Shown one piece after another: positions 20,507 to 30,654 of a stretch of DNA of 64,000 nt. The translations under genes and the position numbers were made by a program. Under the pieces are notes generated by a model. That model was not told the DNA's origin. It saw only the letters and a list, made by a program, of their open reading frames with translations, and did no database searches. Where the stretch lies: positions 1 to 64,000 of IMG/VR virus record IMGVR_UViG_3300044991_001407, one strand, 5' to 3'. This stretch comes from a virus. Positions within the stretch are counted from its first letter, which is position 1. Every line of letters starts with the position of its first letter.

Positions 20507-20926
20507 TTATTTCTCTTTAAGAGAAATCTCAACATTGTAGTATGCACACTGGTTGGGAATATCTCTTCTCACTAATGTTTCAGTATATGACTCAACATAA
20601 ACCACCGTATTGTAAGCAGGTTCTGCTGGATCAAGAATAATTGAAAAGGTTGCTGATGATGGTGTCTTTGCTAATGCATAAAGAAAGTTTCTTGCAACAC
20701 GACCATCAATGGTTCTTTCCGACATGTCTGGGAGGTATGTAAACGAAAGAGTATAGTTGTTCTTTGCATTCTTAATGAATCTTCGCTTATTCCCATTAAG
20801 CAACTCAACATTAGATGCCGATGTTGACATAGTGCTACTCATGGTCCGACCATGCTCCGTAATCTCTGTGCCATTAAGCACAACAAGATGGGTTGTATTA
20901 GGCTGTTGATTTTGAATTGTTGGCAT
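20507..20926 (-). CDS. distal tail protein (Dit-like)
   Basis: First gene after the tape measure; 139 aa, beta-rich. Confidence 0.6.
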   Translation of the reverse strand: MPTIQNQQPNTTHLVVLNGTEITEHGRTMSSTMSTSASNVELLNGNKRRFIKNAKNNYTLSFTYLPDMSERTIDGRVARNFLYALAKTPSSATFSIILDPAEPAYNTVVYVESYTETLVRRDIPNQCAYYNVEISLKEK

Positions 20927-23900
20927 TTATAACCCCTGGTTTATTCCGTTGTAGCTTGTGAATGTTCTTGTCTCCACACCAGCGGCTTTCTGTTGTTTTG
21001 GAAGGACATTAACATTGTAACTCTTCATCATACTCTTAAACCATTCTTCTTCACCAACAAATGTGTCAACATTGATATTCACGGTGGATACGCTAGTTGA
21101 TCCACCACCGCTTGCGTATGATGGGGTTCCAGAAGGTGCTCTAAACTTTGATTGGTTAATGCTTTGCATTGTTCTTACACCCATGTTTCTTACAGCATCA
21201 GCGTTCACAACATATTCACCACCATGCAAGATTGCAGGAATTGCCATTGAAGGAGCGCCAGGAACATAACCACCTGTTTTAAAACGAGGAATATTTACAG
21301 CATTATAATCTCTCACACTAAGCATAGCTTTTAAGCCAGCAATATCGCCTGGGAGTAATGATCTATTTGCATAGGGGGTTTCATAAGACATAATTGATTG
21401 ATTTTGAACTCTTCCACTAATATCGTATGAATGTGGATGATCTAAATTAAACACATGACCCATTTCATGAATCAAAGTATCGGCTACTACACCAACTGGG
21501 TCTGTGAGTTTAGCAACCAGGAGACTAGCGTATTTGAACGGTGACATGTCTACAGATTCTCCTGAGTTAAGAGGATCCCCCTTAGTCCAATCAAGTATTT
21601 CTGGCGTTGGAATTCTTCTTACTAATTCTGCTGATTTTGCAAACACTGAATCAAATACACCTGGAAGAAGTGCAGCTGTGGAATTAGTAACCTCAGCTAA
21701 TTTACCCGCCCCATTCCAATTAACCCCCAACTCAGAAGTCATTCTTGGGCGAGGAACAGCATATCGCTCATTACTAGGGAAACTAAGGACACTCGCATGA
21801 GCCTCACTTCCATCATCTTCACTATATGGGTAAACACCTATCCCAAATCCATTTTGTTTTTTTGAATATTGATTTGTTATATATTCTAATCTAGCGTAGC
21901 TTGGACCTAGCTCAAATTCTGGTCCCTGCACGACATCTGCATTGATACCTAGGGCAGTTCCCCATGTATTAGCTGCTATCTTTAACGCCTTCTTTGCTGT
22001 GCGCATTGTATTTGGCAGTCCATCTACAAAAGTAGCTCTATGATTATGATATGCAATCATTTCAGATAGATTGTTTAAAACAATTTTTTTACCATCATTG
22101 CTATAGACTTCTGTCCAATCAGCACGATCTGATCTTGGATCACTGATAAGATTATATTCTTTACTATCAAAGTTAGATGACCCTGCATATTTATTTGGAC
22201 TCTTTATAAATGGAATGTGCTCAAGTATTTTACGAGTAGGCTCTCCTAGACCAGATAATGCCATTAATCTTTGTACATAATTAAGCCTCTTTGGCATTAT
22301 TTCATAATTTTCAACTTGTCTAGCAAGAGATGTATATTCCTTGCTCTTCAAGGTTTGAAGATACAACCCTTGCGCATCTTCCCAACCAGCACCAGCTCTT
22401 GGTACAGCATGCGTATTAGCCCAGTCAATAAACTCTTTTTGATAAGCCTTTCCTGCATTGTATGTCTCTTCGGTAGGTAGATATTTACGGAAAATATTCT
22501 TAGCTACACCAGGTGCTTTCCCAAGAAGTTTTGCAACACCATAACCTGCAAGAGACAGCCCTCCTGCCATAATAGATCCCTTCAGTGAAGTGTCGCCCTT
22601 AAATCCAGGAGCGGCTCCTGTGCTTGCAAGATAGTTTCCGAGTCTATTAGTTAAATTATATGTTGATCCAGTAGCAACAGCACCAGCAATAGGACCACCA
22701 AAACGAGTTGCAATCAAGTCAGCAGCAAGTGTAAGTCCACCCATTCCGAACTTAGTCATATTTGTCCAGTCATATTTTGGCTGAACATACCCAGCCTCTT
22801 CTCTCTCCAAACGAGCTTTACCTAGAGGAGTAGCCATTTGCATCTGACGCTTTGTAGCGGCAAAATATCTATCAATTGAGTCTGCAGACGGGGTGTTCAT
22901 TGAAGGATTTGTTACTGTTGGAACCCTGTCAGCAACAACTCTATTTCCAGACACACTTGGCTTAATTACAATCCTATCCGCACTTCCTCTTGTGCTTGAA
23001 GGATTTGCTCTTCCAACTCTATTTGCTTCCGACATATGGATAAGTTGTGCAGCCATTTCAGCAGTAGCATCATCTTTATAGACTCCTAAATTCTTACCGC
23101 TATTTATTGCAAACTTTATTGCTTGTTGATCACTTATAATTTTTCCATTAACAACTGTTGGAAGAAGCATTGTGCCACGATCTGTTCCAATACTGAGTGA
23201 CCTAACTGTGCTTACCCCGCCTTCACCTTTGATATTGTTTTTTACTACAGGTAGTTTATTAAGATTTATATTTCCTGGTACAACTGGCTTAACAACGGTT
23301 CCGTAGGGACCGTTTAATGTTCCGTCACCCTTCTTTGGAGCTATCGCCCCACTCCTCTTTGGTACTTGACCACCCTTAAGGAATCTTGGAAGAAGGTTGT
23401 TATTCATCTTATTCAAAGCGCCTATGCCAATTCTTGAAACCGCCTTCGCATTAAGAATGTATTCTCCACCATGAAGAAGTGCTGGTACACCTTCTTGTGT
23501 TGGTGCTGGGATGTATCCTTCTGGATACCCACTGTTTTGGTTCTGGGTTCTTGTCGGAATAATTCCACCCTTTGCTCTTGAAGTTGGCTTCAATGATGGG
23601 TTTGGAATAAAAGCTGGCTTAATTGGCTTTGCAGCAATAGCTGCCGTTGAAAGACCAGTTCCTACGGTGAATTGCTGATAGGTTAGTGGAGCGAGACCCT
23701 TAACCGTTCTTAGTGCGTTATTAGAAGTGAAAGCATCAGCCCTTCCAACATTAAGACCAGCTCCAGAAGCTGTGCTACCTGTTGTTCCACTACCGCCTCC
23801 ACCACCGCCAGCCGCAGCATCCTTTTGAGCCTCACCAGCAGCTTCTGCTGCTGCTTTAAGACCAAGCCATTTAAGAGTTGTTGCATCAATGTATCCACGC

Positions 23901-26900
23901 ATCTCTTCAAACAATTCTTTGTTAACAGAGACATCATTTCTTAGAGCATCTGTTATTGCTCTATTGCCATCAATAATTGCTTGCTTATAAACCTTTTCCC
24001 AGTTATCTTTGAACTTAGTTGTTGCTTCTGCGAACGGGGTGAGGAAGTCATCAGTTACAGATTTAACAATAGCTGTTGCTGATTCCGCAAAATTATCTTT
24101 GAGACCAGTTGTGACAAGACCAAATGAATCAATAACGGTTTGTTTCTTGTCTCCAAATACACCACCAATATCGGCAAGCATTCCAATTGTTACGCCAATA
24201 ACAGTATTCTCGCTAGTGTCTGAACCTAGACCATACTTTTCTTTTGCTACTAAGACTAGTTCATCAAGATTTGTACTAAATGCACCGACAACATCATTTG
24301 GCATCTTTGTATTAATAGTTGTAGCAAAGTTGGTAAACATCTTTTCAAACGCAGCACTGTTATCAGTTGCTGTTTGATTTGTGATGTTATAAAGCTCTCC
24401 AATTTGGGTCTTGTAATCTTCAATCGTTACTGGTGGGAACTTAGTGATAGTCTCAATAGATTCTTGGAACTTAACAATTGATTCATCAAAGAATTTCTGA
24501 GCCGCATCTTTTGCTTCATTAATAGCATCTTTAAGCGCATCAAGATTTTCTTTTGCAAGGTCTTTTGCACGACCTGATTCAAGCGAATTGAGATCTTGAT
24601 TAAACGATTTTGTTTGAGAAACCTGCTCAAGCTGGAGCATTCTTGCATCATCTGTGCGACCTTCATAAACAGCCAATGCATAGTTCCTACGGAACTGCTC
24701 ATCACTAAGGGCTTTGTCATCAAGCATCTTGCGCTTGTTGGCTTCAAACTCTTTTGTCTTTGTTAGTGACTCTTCGGCTTTTTCAAGCTTACCAAGCGTC
24801 TTAATCTGTACATCGTAAATCTTTAGAGCAGCATCTCTCTGCTTCTCAAGAGCCTTGGTTGATGCATCAACATACTTATCAATTGCATTCTTTAATTCAC
24901 CAGCAATGTAATTCTGCAGATCCTGAACTGCGCTCTTAATACCTTCCTTGAGCTTCTCACCAATCTTTCCAGATGGATCATTCTCTTCAAAGCCATCACC
25001 AGTAGCATTGGCAATAGCTTCACCAGTTTCTTCACCAATCTCTTCACCAGTATCTACAATCTTTTTCTTTCCGTTTTGAAGTGAGTGAGTGCTTTCTTTA
25101 ACACCAAGATCTGCGCCTTTCTTCAAACCACTCTTGATAGTATTTGCTATTCCATCAATTGCCTTGCCATAAAGATTTACTCCGCCATCAACCAATCCCT
25201 TAGCGCCATCAGCAAGAGCGTCAATAGCACCACTAGCAGCATCGGCTCCAGCATCAACCATCCCATACATTCCGTCAATAGTGTCATTCATGCCATCACT
25301 TATTGCACTGAACCATCCCATACCTGGGATCTTGCTAAGCCAACTAAAACCCTTTGCAACTGCTTTTGGTATTGCTGTGAGTGATGTAAGCATCAATTTA
25401 ACGCCTAGGGCAATAACTTTTACAAGACCCTTCATTAAACCAGCAAATATGGTGATAACTGCTTTTACTATAAAGCCAGCAACCTTGATAAGAACTTTCA
25501 TTACTGCTTGCCATATACTTACAAGCACTTCTGCGACTCTGGCAAAGGCTGCTGTTAAGAACTTGAGTGCGTCACCCCAATTTCCCTTGAACATGGAAAC
25601 AACAGCCATAACAATATTGACCACTGCGTACAGATATGGTTTGATAATATTTTCAACAAGCGATTTAAACGCTTGTGCAACCATTTGCACAACCTTAACG
25701 AATTGTCTAAATATTGTAACAAGTCCATTAACAGAGCCCTCTGTTCCCTTTGCTCCACCACCAAACTGAGCAAACAAGTCTTGAATTGGTCTTGTTATTT
25801 CCATCAATGCTTTTTTAATAACACCGAAAGCAAATGCAAGACCTCTCAGTGGTCCAGCCGCTTTTTCTTTGAACATTCCAAAGTTTTTAACAACAAGCAT
25901 TACTGCTACACCGATACCGAGAACAATTGCTCCAATACCAGTAGCAAGCATTGTCATTCTGAATATCTTCATTGCAAGATCTGCAAGTTTTACATTTGTA
26001 ACAAATCCCTTAATAGCAACACCCAGTTTTCTGAATGCGCCTGGACCTGCTAGACCAAGTGTTGCTTGCTGAGCTTCAAGAGCCGCTATAGCACCCTTAG
26101 CACCACTAACACCAGCTTTAAATTGTTTAATCGGTCTTAGAGCTTCTACAAAACCTTTGCCAAGATTTGCTGTCTTGCTCGTTGTTGCAAAATCTTTAAT
26201 ACCACCGACAGCTCTTTGAGCACGAAGTTGTGTTTGCAATCTTGCACCTTGCATACCACCACCAGCAAGGATATTTGCTTGATCTTCTGCTGTTCCGAGG
26301 AGTCTTCTTGTTGCTGATACTCTTCCACCAGTAAGTCGTGACAGCACCCCTCTTGTGCGAGTTGGTCGTGTTGGACCAACATCATCAAGAAGCTCATTAC
26401 CGCCTTGGAAAAAACGGCTTCCTAATTTATCTGTAACAATACCTTTAGCCTGATAGAATGGATCTCTATCAGCTACAAGATTTTGTCTTGCTGCTCTTGC
26501 AAGTCTTGCAGCAGAATTTGCTCTTCCAGCAGCAAGAGCATTTGGAACACTTGCAACTTTTGCAGAGTTTGTGAGTTGATATGCATACTGAGCTGGGGTT
26601 AGTGCTCTACCAGCAGCAATTTTATTAGAAATAGTTCTACTCTTGAAAAAATCAGTTTTTGTTGCACCAGTATTTCTTGACAAAAATTCTTTTAGCTGAT
26701 CTTTTTGAGTAAGCTTGCCTTTTATTGAAGGAGATAGAAGTGCTGGATCATAAGTTTTTCTTGGTGCTTGGAAATTACTCATTGCTGCTTGAGCAGTTGC
26801 TTGTGCTTCACCAAGATCTGGTACTAATTTTTTAGCCAATGATGACTGAACAATGGTGCTATAGAGGGATTTTACTTTTCCATTAGCTAATGCAGCAGCT

Positions 26901-29047
26901 TCTCCTAAACCAGCAAAACCACCAGATGCTGATGTGAGTTTAGGGAATAGACCAGTAAGTGCTCTACCCAAAACACCCATTGATGCCTGAATCGTACCAA
27001 TACCAAGAACTATTGGACCAAGAACTGCCAGAAACGCAAGGAAGCCAAGAATCACTTTGGATATATTTTGTCTAGTAGCCTCGGACAGTGATTGCCATTT
27101 TTCATAAAACACCTGAATTTTGTCAGCCAAACTTTTCAATGTTGGACCAATCGTCTTCATCAAATCCGCAGCAAAAAGCTTAAAGGAGTTTTTAATTTTC
27201 TGAACAGCTACTTCAAGCGAACCGAGTGACTGCTCCAATTCCATATCAGCAACTTGTTGAGCATTTGATGCACCAGCAAGCTCAACGAGCATTGCACGAG
27301 CAGACTCTGTTTTTGCTGTACCGATAATATCAATTCCTTCATTTTGTTTCTTCTGAACGACAACATCGGCAACTGCCTTTCTTACTTCTTTAGCTGTTTT
27401 GATTTCAGCAGCAGATACTTTTCTAAAACCCTCAACCATCTGTCCAGATTGAGCAGTTGCAATTCTTGCAATAATTCCAATATCTTTAAAGTTATTTATC
27501 GTTACTGGAAGCGCTGTGCCATTTAATTGGTTAAATTTACTTAACGCACCCTCTGCGGTGCTTGCAAGAATTGCTTCTGATGTACCAGCACTTCTTGTAG
27601 CCCTGTTGAGTTCTTTATTGAATTGCGCCATCTGCTGAATGGCGATGTACATTCTTGGTCCTTGACGCTTCTCAAAGATTTCAGACATAAGTTTAAGAGC
27701 ACCCTCTGCTCCAGCAGAAGTTGACTGAACCTTGTCAAACACATCAACGATAGCCTGAAGACCAGTCAGACCAGTTTTTGTTGTTTGATTAAAAATATTT
27801 TGTGTGTCTGATGCAACTCCATATTGCTTAGCAAGACTTGCTAACAATTCTGTGTTTTGCTTAGTTGGACTAATTGCTCTTTGTAATGAAACTTTAATTG
27901 AGTTTGCAGAAGCACCAACATCAAGACCAGCAGCTTTCATAGGAGCAAGCAATGCTGCTGCTTCTGTCATTGACAAACCAAAACTCACTGCCATTGAACC
28001 TAGTTCTGGAAGTGACTCAGACAAATCTTTTAGAGTTAGCGCCGTGACATTTTCAATATTGTTAAACATATTGAGCTGTGTTTTAGCAGCACCAATAGCT
28101 CTTGCTTCACGCTCTCTTGCATCGGTTAACTTATCAAAAGCACCAGATGCCTCAAGGGCTCTAACTGAGTTGAAGTACAAAGCTTGAGACAGATCTTGTG
28201 CGCCAGCGGCATCCATGTTACCGAGTTTTTCAGTAACAAGTGTTAACTCCGTGAGTGCTACAATGTTTTCATTAGCGCTAATTCCCAATTCAGCAAAATC
28301 TGTTGCAAGACCAATTACAAGATCTTTTGATACACCAAATTTATTACTTAAACTAGTTAATCCCGATTCAAGAGCCTTGAATGAATTAACCATTTTGTTA
28401 ATAGCAGCCTGACGATCTGCACCACCAAGACCCTTGCCAAGCTTTTGATCAGCTTGTTCAGCTGTCATTGCAACGCCTTCAAGAACCTTTGTTAACCTTA
28501 CAAGAGCAGCATCAACTTTAATTAAACTTTGCAGACCAGTTCTGCCAAACAGCAATAGTGGTGCTGTAAGGTTAATCATCAAGCTTCTACCAACGAACTG
28601 GGCATCCTTACCCATCTTCTGGAGTTTCAGTGAGATGTTAGAAAGGTCTGATCCAAATGATCTAATTCTTAAACCACGAAGTGTTGTTGAAAACGCCTTG
28701 AGTTGATTTTGAGTAAAAGTTAGCTCTTTACCAAGTTTTGTTGTAGGACCACCAGCCTTTAATATTGCTAGGTTATAGTTCTGAATATTAGAACGGAGCC
28801 GCTTACTTTCTTCAGAAAGAGCAGCCTGGTTTGCCTTTAGTTCTTTTAAGCTATTAGCGTGTTGATTAACACCTTTGCTCGTGATGCCTAATGCTTTATT
28901 GACAGCTTTAGCATGGCTATCCAGTGCCCTCATTGGCACTGTTACACCCTTTAGGTTAAGAGCAAGATTTCGTACAGATGCGCTTAAATTAGCGACATCC
29001 TTAACACCCGTAGTATGTACGCTAATTATTAGATCTACATCAGACAT
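20927..29047 (-). CDS. tape measure protein with C-terminal cargo domains including a zinc metallopeptidase
   Basis: 2706 aa, Ala/Gly helical with hydrophobic stretches; follows the tail chaperone; HEMGHVFNLDH plus SIMSY near the C-terminus. Confidence 0.92.
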   Translation of the reverse strand: MSDVDLIISVHTTGVKDVANLSASVRNLALNLKGVTVPMRALDSHAKAVNKALGITSKGVNQHANSLKELKANQAALSEESKRLRSNIQNYNLAILKAGGPTTKLGKELTFTQNQLKAFSTTLRGLRIRSFGSDLSNISLKLQKMGKDAQFVGRSLMINLTAPLLLFGRTGLQSLIKVDAALVRLTKVLEGVAMTAEQADQKLGKGLGGADRQAAINKMVNSFKALESGLTSLSNKFGVSKDLVIGLATDFAELGISANENIVALTELTLVTEKLGNMDAAGAQDLSQALYFNSVRALEASGAFDKLTDAREREARAIGAAKTQLNMFNNIENVTALTLKDLSESLPELGSMAVSFGLSMTEAAALLAPMKAAGLDVGASANSIKVSLQRAISPTKQNTELLASLAKQYGVASDTQNIFNQTTKTGLTGLQAIVDVFDKVQSTSAGAEGALKLMSEIFEKRQGPRMYIAIQQMAQFNKELNRATRSAGTSEAILASTAEGALSKFNQLNGTALPVTINNFKDIGIIARIATAQSGQMVEGFRKVSAAEIKTAKEVRKAVADVVVQKKQNEGIDIIGTAKTESARAMLVELAGASNAQQVADMELEQSLGSLEVAVQKIKNSFKLFAADLMKTIGPTLKSLADKIQVFYEKWQSLSEATRQNISKVILGFLAFLAVLGPIVLGIGTIQASMGVLGRALTGLFPKLTSASGGFAGLGEAAALANGKVKSLYSTIVQSSLAKKLVPDLGEAQATAQAAMSNFQAPRKTYDPALLSPSIKGKLTQKDQLKEFLSRNTGATKTDFFKSRTISNKIAAGRALTPAQYAYQLTNSAKVASVPNALAAGRANSAARLARAARQNLVADRDPFYQAKGIVTDKLGSRFFQGGNELLDDVGPTRPTRTRGVLSRLTGGRVSATRRLLGTAEDQANILAGGGMQGARLQTQLRAQRAVGGIKDFATTSKTANLGKGFVEALRPIKQFKAGVSGAKGAIAALEAQQATLGLAGPGAFRKLGVAIKGFVTNVKLADLAMKIFRMTMLATGIGAIVLGIGVAVMLVVKNFGMFKEKAAGPLRGLAFAFGVIKKALMEITRPIQDLFAQFGGGAKGTEGSVNGLVTIFRQFVKVVQMVAQAFKSLVENIIKPYLYAVVNIVMAVVSMFKGNWGDALKFLTAAFARVAEVLVSIWQAVMKVLIKVAGFIVKAVITIFAGLMKGLVKVIALGVKLMLTSLTAIPKAVAKGFSWLSKIPGMGWFSAISDGMNDTIDGMYGMVDAGADAASGAIDALADGAKGLVDGGVNLYGKAIDGIANTIKSGLKKGADLGVKESTHSLQNGKKKIVDTGEEIGEETGEAIANATGDGFEENDPSGKIGEKLKEGIKSAVQDLQNYIAGELKNAIDKYVDASTKALEKQRDAALKIYDVQIKTLGKLEKAEESLTKTKEFEANKRKMLDDKALSDEQFRRNYALAVYEGRTDDARMLQLEQVSQTKSFNQDLNSLESGRAKDLAKENLDALKDAINEAKDAAQKFFDESIVKFQESIETITKFPPVTIEDYKTQIGELYNITNQTATDNSAAFEKMFTNFATTINTKMPNDVVGAFSTNLDELVLVAKEKYGLGSDTSENTVIGVTIGMLADIGGVFGDKKQTVIDSFGLVTTGLKDNFAESATAIVKSVTDDFLTPFAEATTKFKDNWEKVYKQAIIDGNRAITDALRNDVSVNKELFEEMRGYIDATTLKWLGLKAAAEAAGEAQKDAAAGGGGGGSGTTGSTASGAGLNVGRADAFTSNNALRTVKGLAPLTYQQFTVGTGLSTAAIAAKPIKPAFIPNPSLKPTSRAKGGIIPTRTQNQNSGYPEGYIPAPTQEGVPALLHGGEYILNAKAVSRIGIGALNKMNNNLLPRFLKGGQVPKRSGAIAPKKGDGTLNGPYGTVVKPVVPGNINLNKLPVVKNNIKGEGGVSTVRSLSIGTDRGTMLLPTVVNGKIISDQQAIKFAINSGKNLGVYKDDATAEMAAQLIHMSEANRVGRANPSSTRGSADRIVIKPSVSGNRVVADRVPTVTNPSMNTPSADSIDRYFAATKRQMQMATPLGKARLEREEAGYVQPKYDWTNMTKFGMGGLTLAADLIATRFGGPIAGAVATGSTYNLTNRLGNYLASTGAAPGFKGDTSLKGSIMAGGLSLAGYGVAKLLGKAPGVAKNIFRKYLPTEETYNAGKAYQKEFIDWANTHAVPRAGAGWEDAQGLYLQTLKSKEYTSLARQVENYEIMPKRLNYVQRLMALSGLGEPTRKILEHIPFIKSPNKYAGSSNFDSKEYNLISDPRSDRADWTEVYSNDGKKIVLNNLSEMIAYHNHRATFVDGLPNTMRTAKKALKIAANTWGTALGINADVVQGPEFELGPSYARLEYITNQYSKKQNGFGIGVYPYSEDDGSEAHASVLSFPSNERYAVPRPRMTSELGVNWNGAGKLAEVTNSTAALLPGVFDSVFAKSAELVRRIPTPEILDWTKGDPLNSGESVDMSPFKYASLLVAKLTDPVGVVADTLIHEMGHVFNLDHPHSYDISGRVQNQSIMSYETPYANRSLLPGDIAGLKAMLSVRDYNAVNIPRFKTGGYVPGAPSMAIPAILHGGEYVVNADAVRNMGVRTMQSINQSKFRAPSGTPSYASGGGSTSVSTVNINVDTFVGEEEWFKSMMKSYNVNVLPKQQKAAGVETRTFTSYNGINQGL

Positions 29048-29095
29048 ATTTGTACCAATATAGATTATCCCATTTTATACAGTAAATAGCAATCA

Positions 29096-29431
29096 TTATT
29101 CCTGCGTGTAGCCTAATGGAATACCGAAGCTCATGACCTCAAACGGTCTCATCGGCTCATCTGGAACTTTATCTTCTGGCGAATACCAGTCTTCATCAAA
29201 GTCAACATCTGCTCCTTGGGAAAGAGCTAGGGCTTTGATTTCTTTACTATATTCATTTGAACAAGCTCGGTACAGAAGAAACATTTCGTGAAGAATCAAA
29301 GACTCCTCTAACTCTTCTAAACTTCTCCATGCACCGACCTGAACAAATATTTCTGACTCGTACTTCAGAAGGGGGATCTCATTCCATGATAGAGGCTGAC
29401 CGCCTCCACCTTCCCCGTTTATTGGTTTGGG
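29096..29431 (-). CDS. gpT-like -1 frameshift extension of the tail chaperone
   Basis: The -1 frame after C CCA AAC is open (PINGEGGGGQPLSWNEIPLLKYESEIFVQVGAW...) into track ORF 29096..29299. Confidence 0.75.
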   Translation of the reverse strand, partial: PKPINGEGGGGQPLSWNEIPLLKYESEIFVQVGAWRSLEELEESLILHEMFLLYRACSNEYSKEIKALALSQGADVDFDEDWYSPEDKVPDEPMRPFEVMSFGIPLGYTQE

Positions 29432-29727
29432 TCGTTACCCATTGCGGCAGCCATTACTTCACCGAATGTTCTGAGGTCAAGAATATCCTCAAGAGCATCA
29501 CGGTCAGATGCCAACTCTGGATCTGCCTTACGCAAAGCAATAGAAGCTGCTGCGATCATCTTATCAATATCATCATCAGTCATACCCGCTTCGTTATCAG
29601 TCTTCATTTCGTTTGCAACCTTCATGAACTCACGGAGGTGCTTAATCGTCAAAGGCTTAACTACTCTCTTTTTTCCATCAGAAAATGTAATCTCAGTACC
29701 CTTGAACAAATCGTTATTTGTTGTCAT
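29419..29727 (-). CDS. tail assembly chaperone (gpG-like)
   Basis: Between major tail and tape measure genes; slippery heptamer just before the stop. Confidence 0.8.
   Translation of the reverse strand: MTTNNDLFKGTEITFSDGKKRVVKPLTIKHLREFMKVANEMKTDNEAGMTDDDIDKMIAAASIALRKADPELASDRDALEDILDLRTFGEVMAAAMGNDPNQ
29425..29431 (-). other. -1 programmed ribosomal frameshift slippery site CCCAAAC
   Basis: XXXYYYZ heptamer in the correct phase (GAC CCA AAC CAA TAA). Confidence 0.8.
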
Positions 29728-29767
29728 GTTTAAATATTGCTCCTTGTTATAATCGTAGGGAATATAA

Positions 29768-29815
29768 GAAAAACTCCCAGGTTTCAGTATATCATACCGA
29801 TTCCCAGGAGTTTTT
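29768..29815 (-). terminator. hairpin terminator after the major tail gene
   Basis: AAAAACTCCTGGG...CCTGGGAGTTTTT stem with G-U pairs and a U-tract. Confidence 0.6.
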
Positions 29816-29840
29816 ACTTAGTACAAATTTTTGGTGTTAA

Positions 29841-30419
29841 TTATTGCTGATCAATAATCTTGCCGTATTCGTAGCCTGTATCACCAGTTACTGGCAAAAC
29901 ACGGAACGATACTTCAAACACGGTTGCTTCAGCTCTCTTCATTGAAATCATTGAAGTGGTCATTGACACTGCACGCTTAGTATTAAACTTGCGGGTCTTT
30001 GTTACCGATGCTGTTGAACCAGGGGCATTACCAGTTACCTGGAGTGCGTACTCAAATGGGTACACGCCCTGTGAACCAAACAACAATGTCTTTGTGTTTG
30101 CGCCATCATTATTTGCTTTGATTGACTCTCCACCAGTTACATTGTCATAGCTCCATGCTGTTGCAAGGTTGTTAAGAGTTCCTTCTGCGAGGGTTGTCTT
30201 AACCATTACTTTCACCTTTGACTGAATGACCTTTGCTGCGTCACCGTACTGGTCAATTTCAATGTCAACCATGTCTGGTTCCCACGAAATTTCAAGACCA
30301 CCTTGGGTTGCGCCCACATCTGTCAAGCTATCAAAATCTGAGTTTGTCATCGTGATGTTGGAAACACCAGTTTTTACTGTTGCTTCACCAACTACGATAT
30401 TGGAAGTTGTTACTGCCAT
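29841..30419 (-). CDS. major tail tube protein
   Basis: DVGATQGGLEISWEP...EIDQ pattern; strong SD; position after the tail terminator. Confidence 0.8.
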   Translation of the reverse strand: MAVTTSNIVVGEATVKTGVSNITMTNSDFDSLTDVGATQGGLEISWEPDMVDIEIDQYGDAAKVIQSKVKVMVKTTLAEGTLNNLATAWSYDNVTGGESIKANNDGANTKTLLFGSQGVYPFEYALQVTGNAPGSTASVTKTRKFNTKRAVSMTTSMISMKRAEATVFEVSFRVLPVTGDTGYEYGKIIDQQ

Positions 30420-30434
30420 TTTACTATCCTCCTG

Positions 30435-30629
30435 TTATTCAAGGACAAATATTTTCTTGCCCTTGCGATCTCGCCATTTAGAAATCTTAATGGCATGATC
30501 AGTTTTTATTTCATCAGAGCGGTTTCCGATCCCACGACCTTTCTGCCACTCAAAATCATAAACATCTTTTCCTAGTTTCACGGAAAACCCTGGGGTCTTG
30601 CCGATGTATGTAATTACATTATACTTCAT
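30435..30629 (-). CDS. small hypothetical protein
   Basis: Fills the gap; has its own -10 element. Confidence 0.55.
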   Translation of the reverse strand: MKYNVITYIGKTPGFSVKLGKDVYDFEWQKGRGIGNRSDEIKTDHAIKISKWRDRKGKKIFVLE

Positions 30630-30654
30630 ATACTTTTATGATACCACAAACTAT

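Noticed and set aside
25085-29733. Long plus-strand ORFs (e.g. 25281..25769, 29257..29733), and similarly 42274..42792 and 54451..54981
   Set aside because: Antisense shadows of well-supported minus-strand genes, with no motifs or RBS
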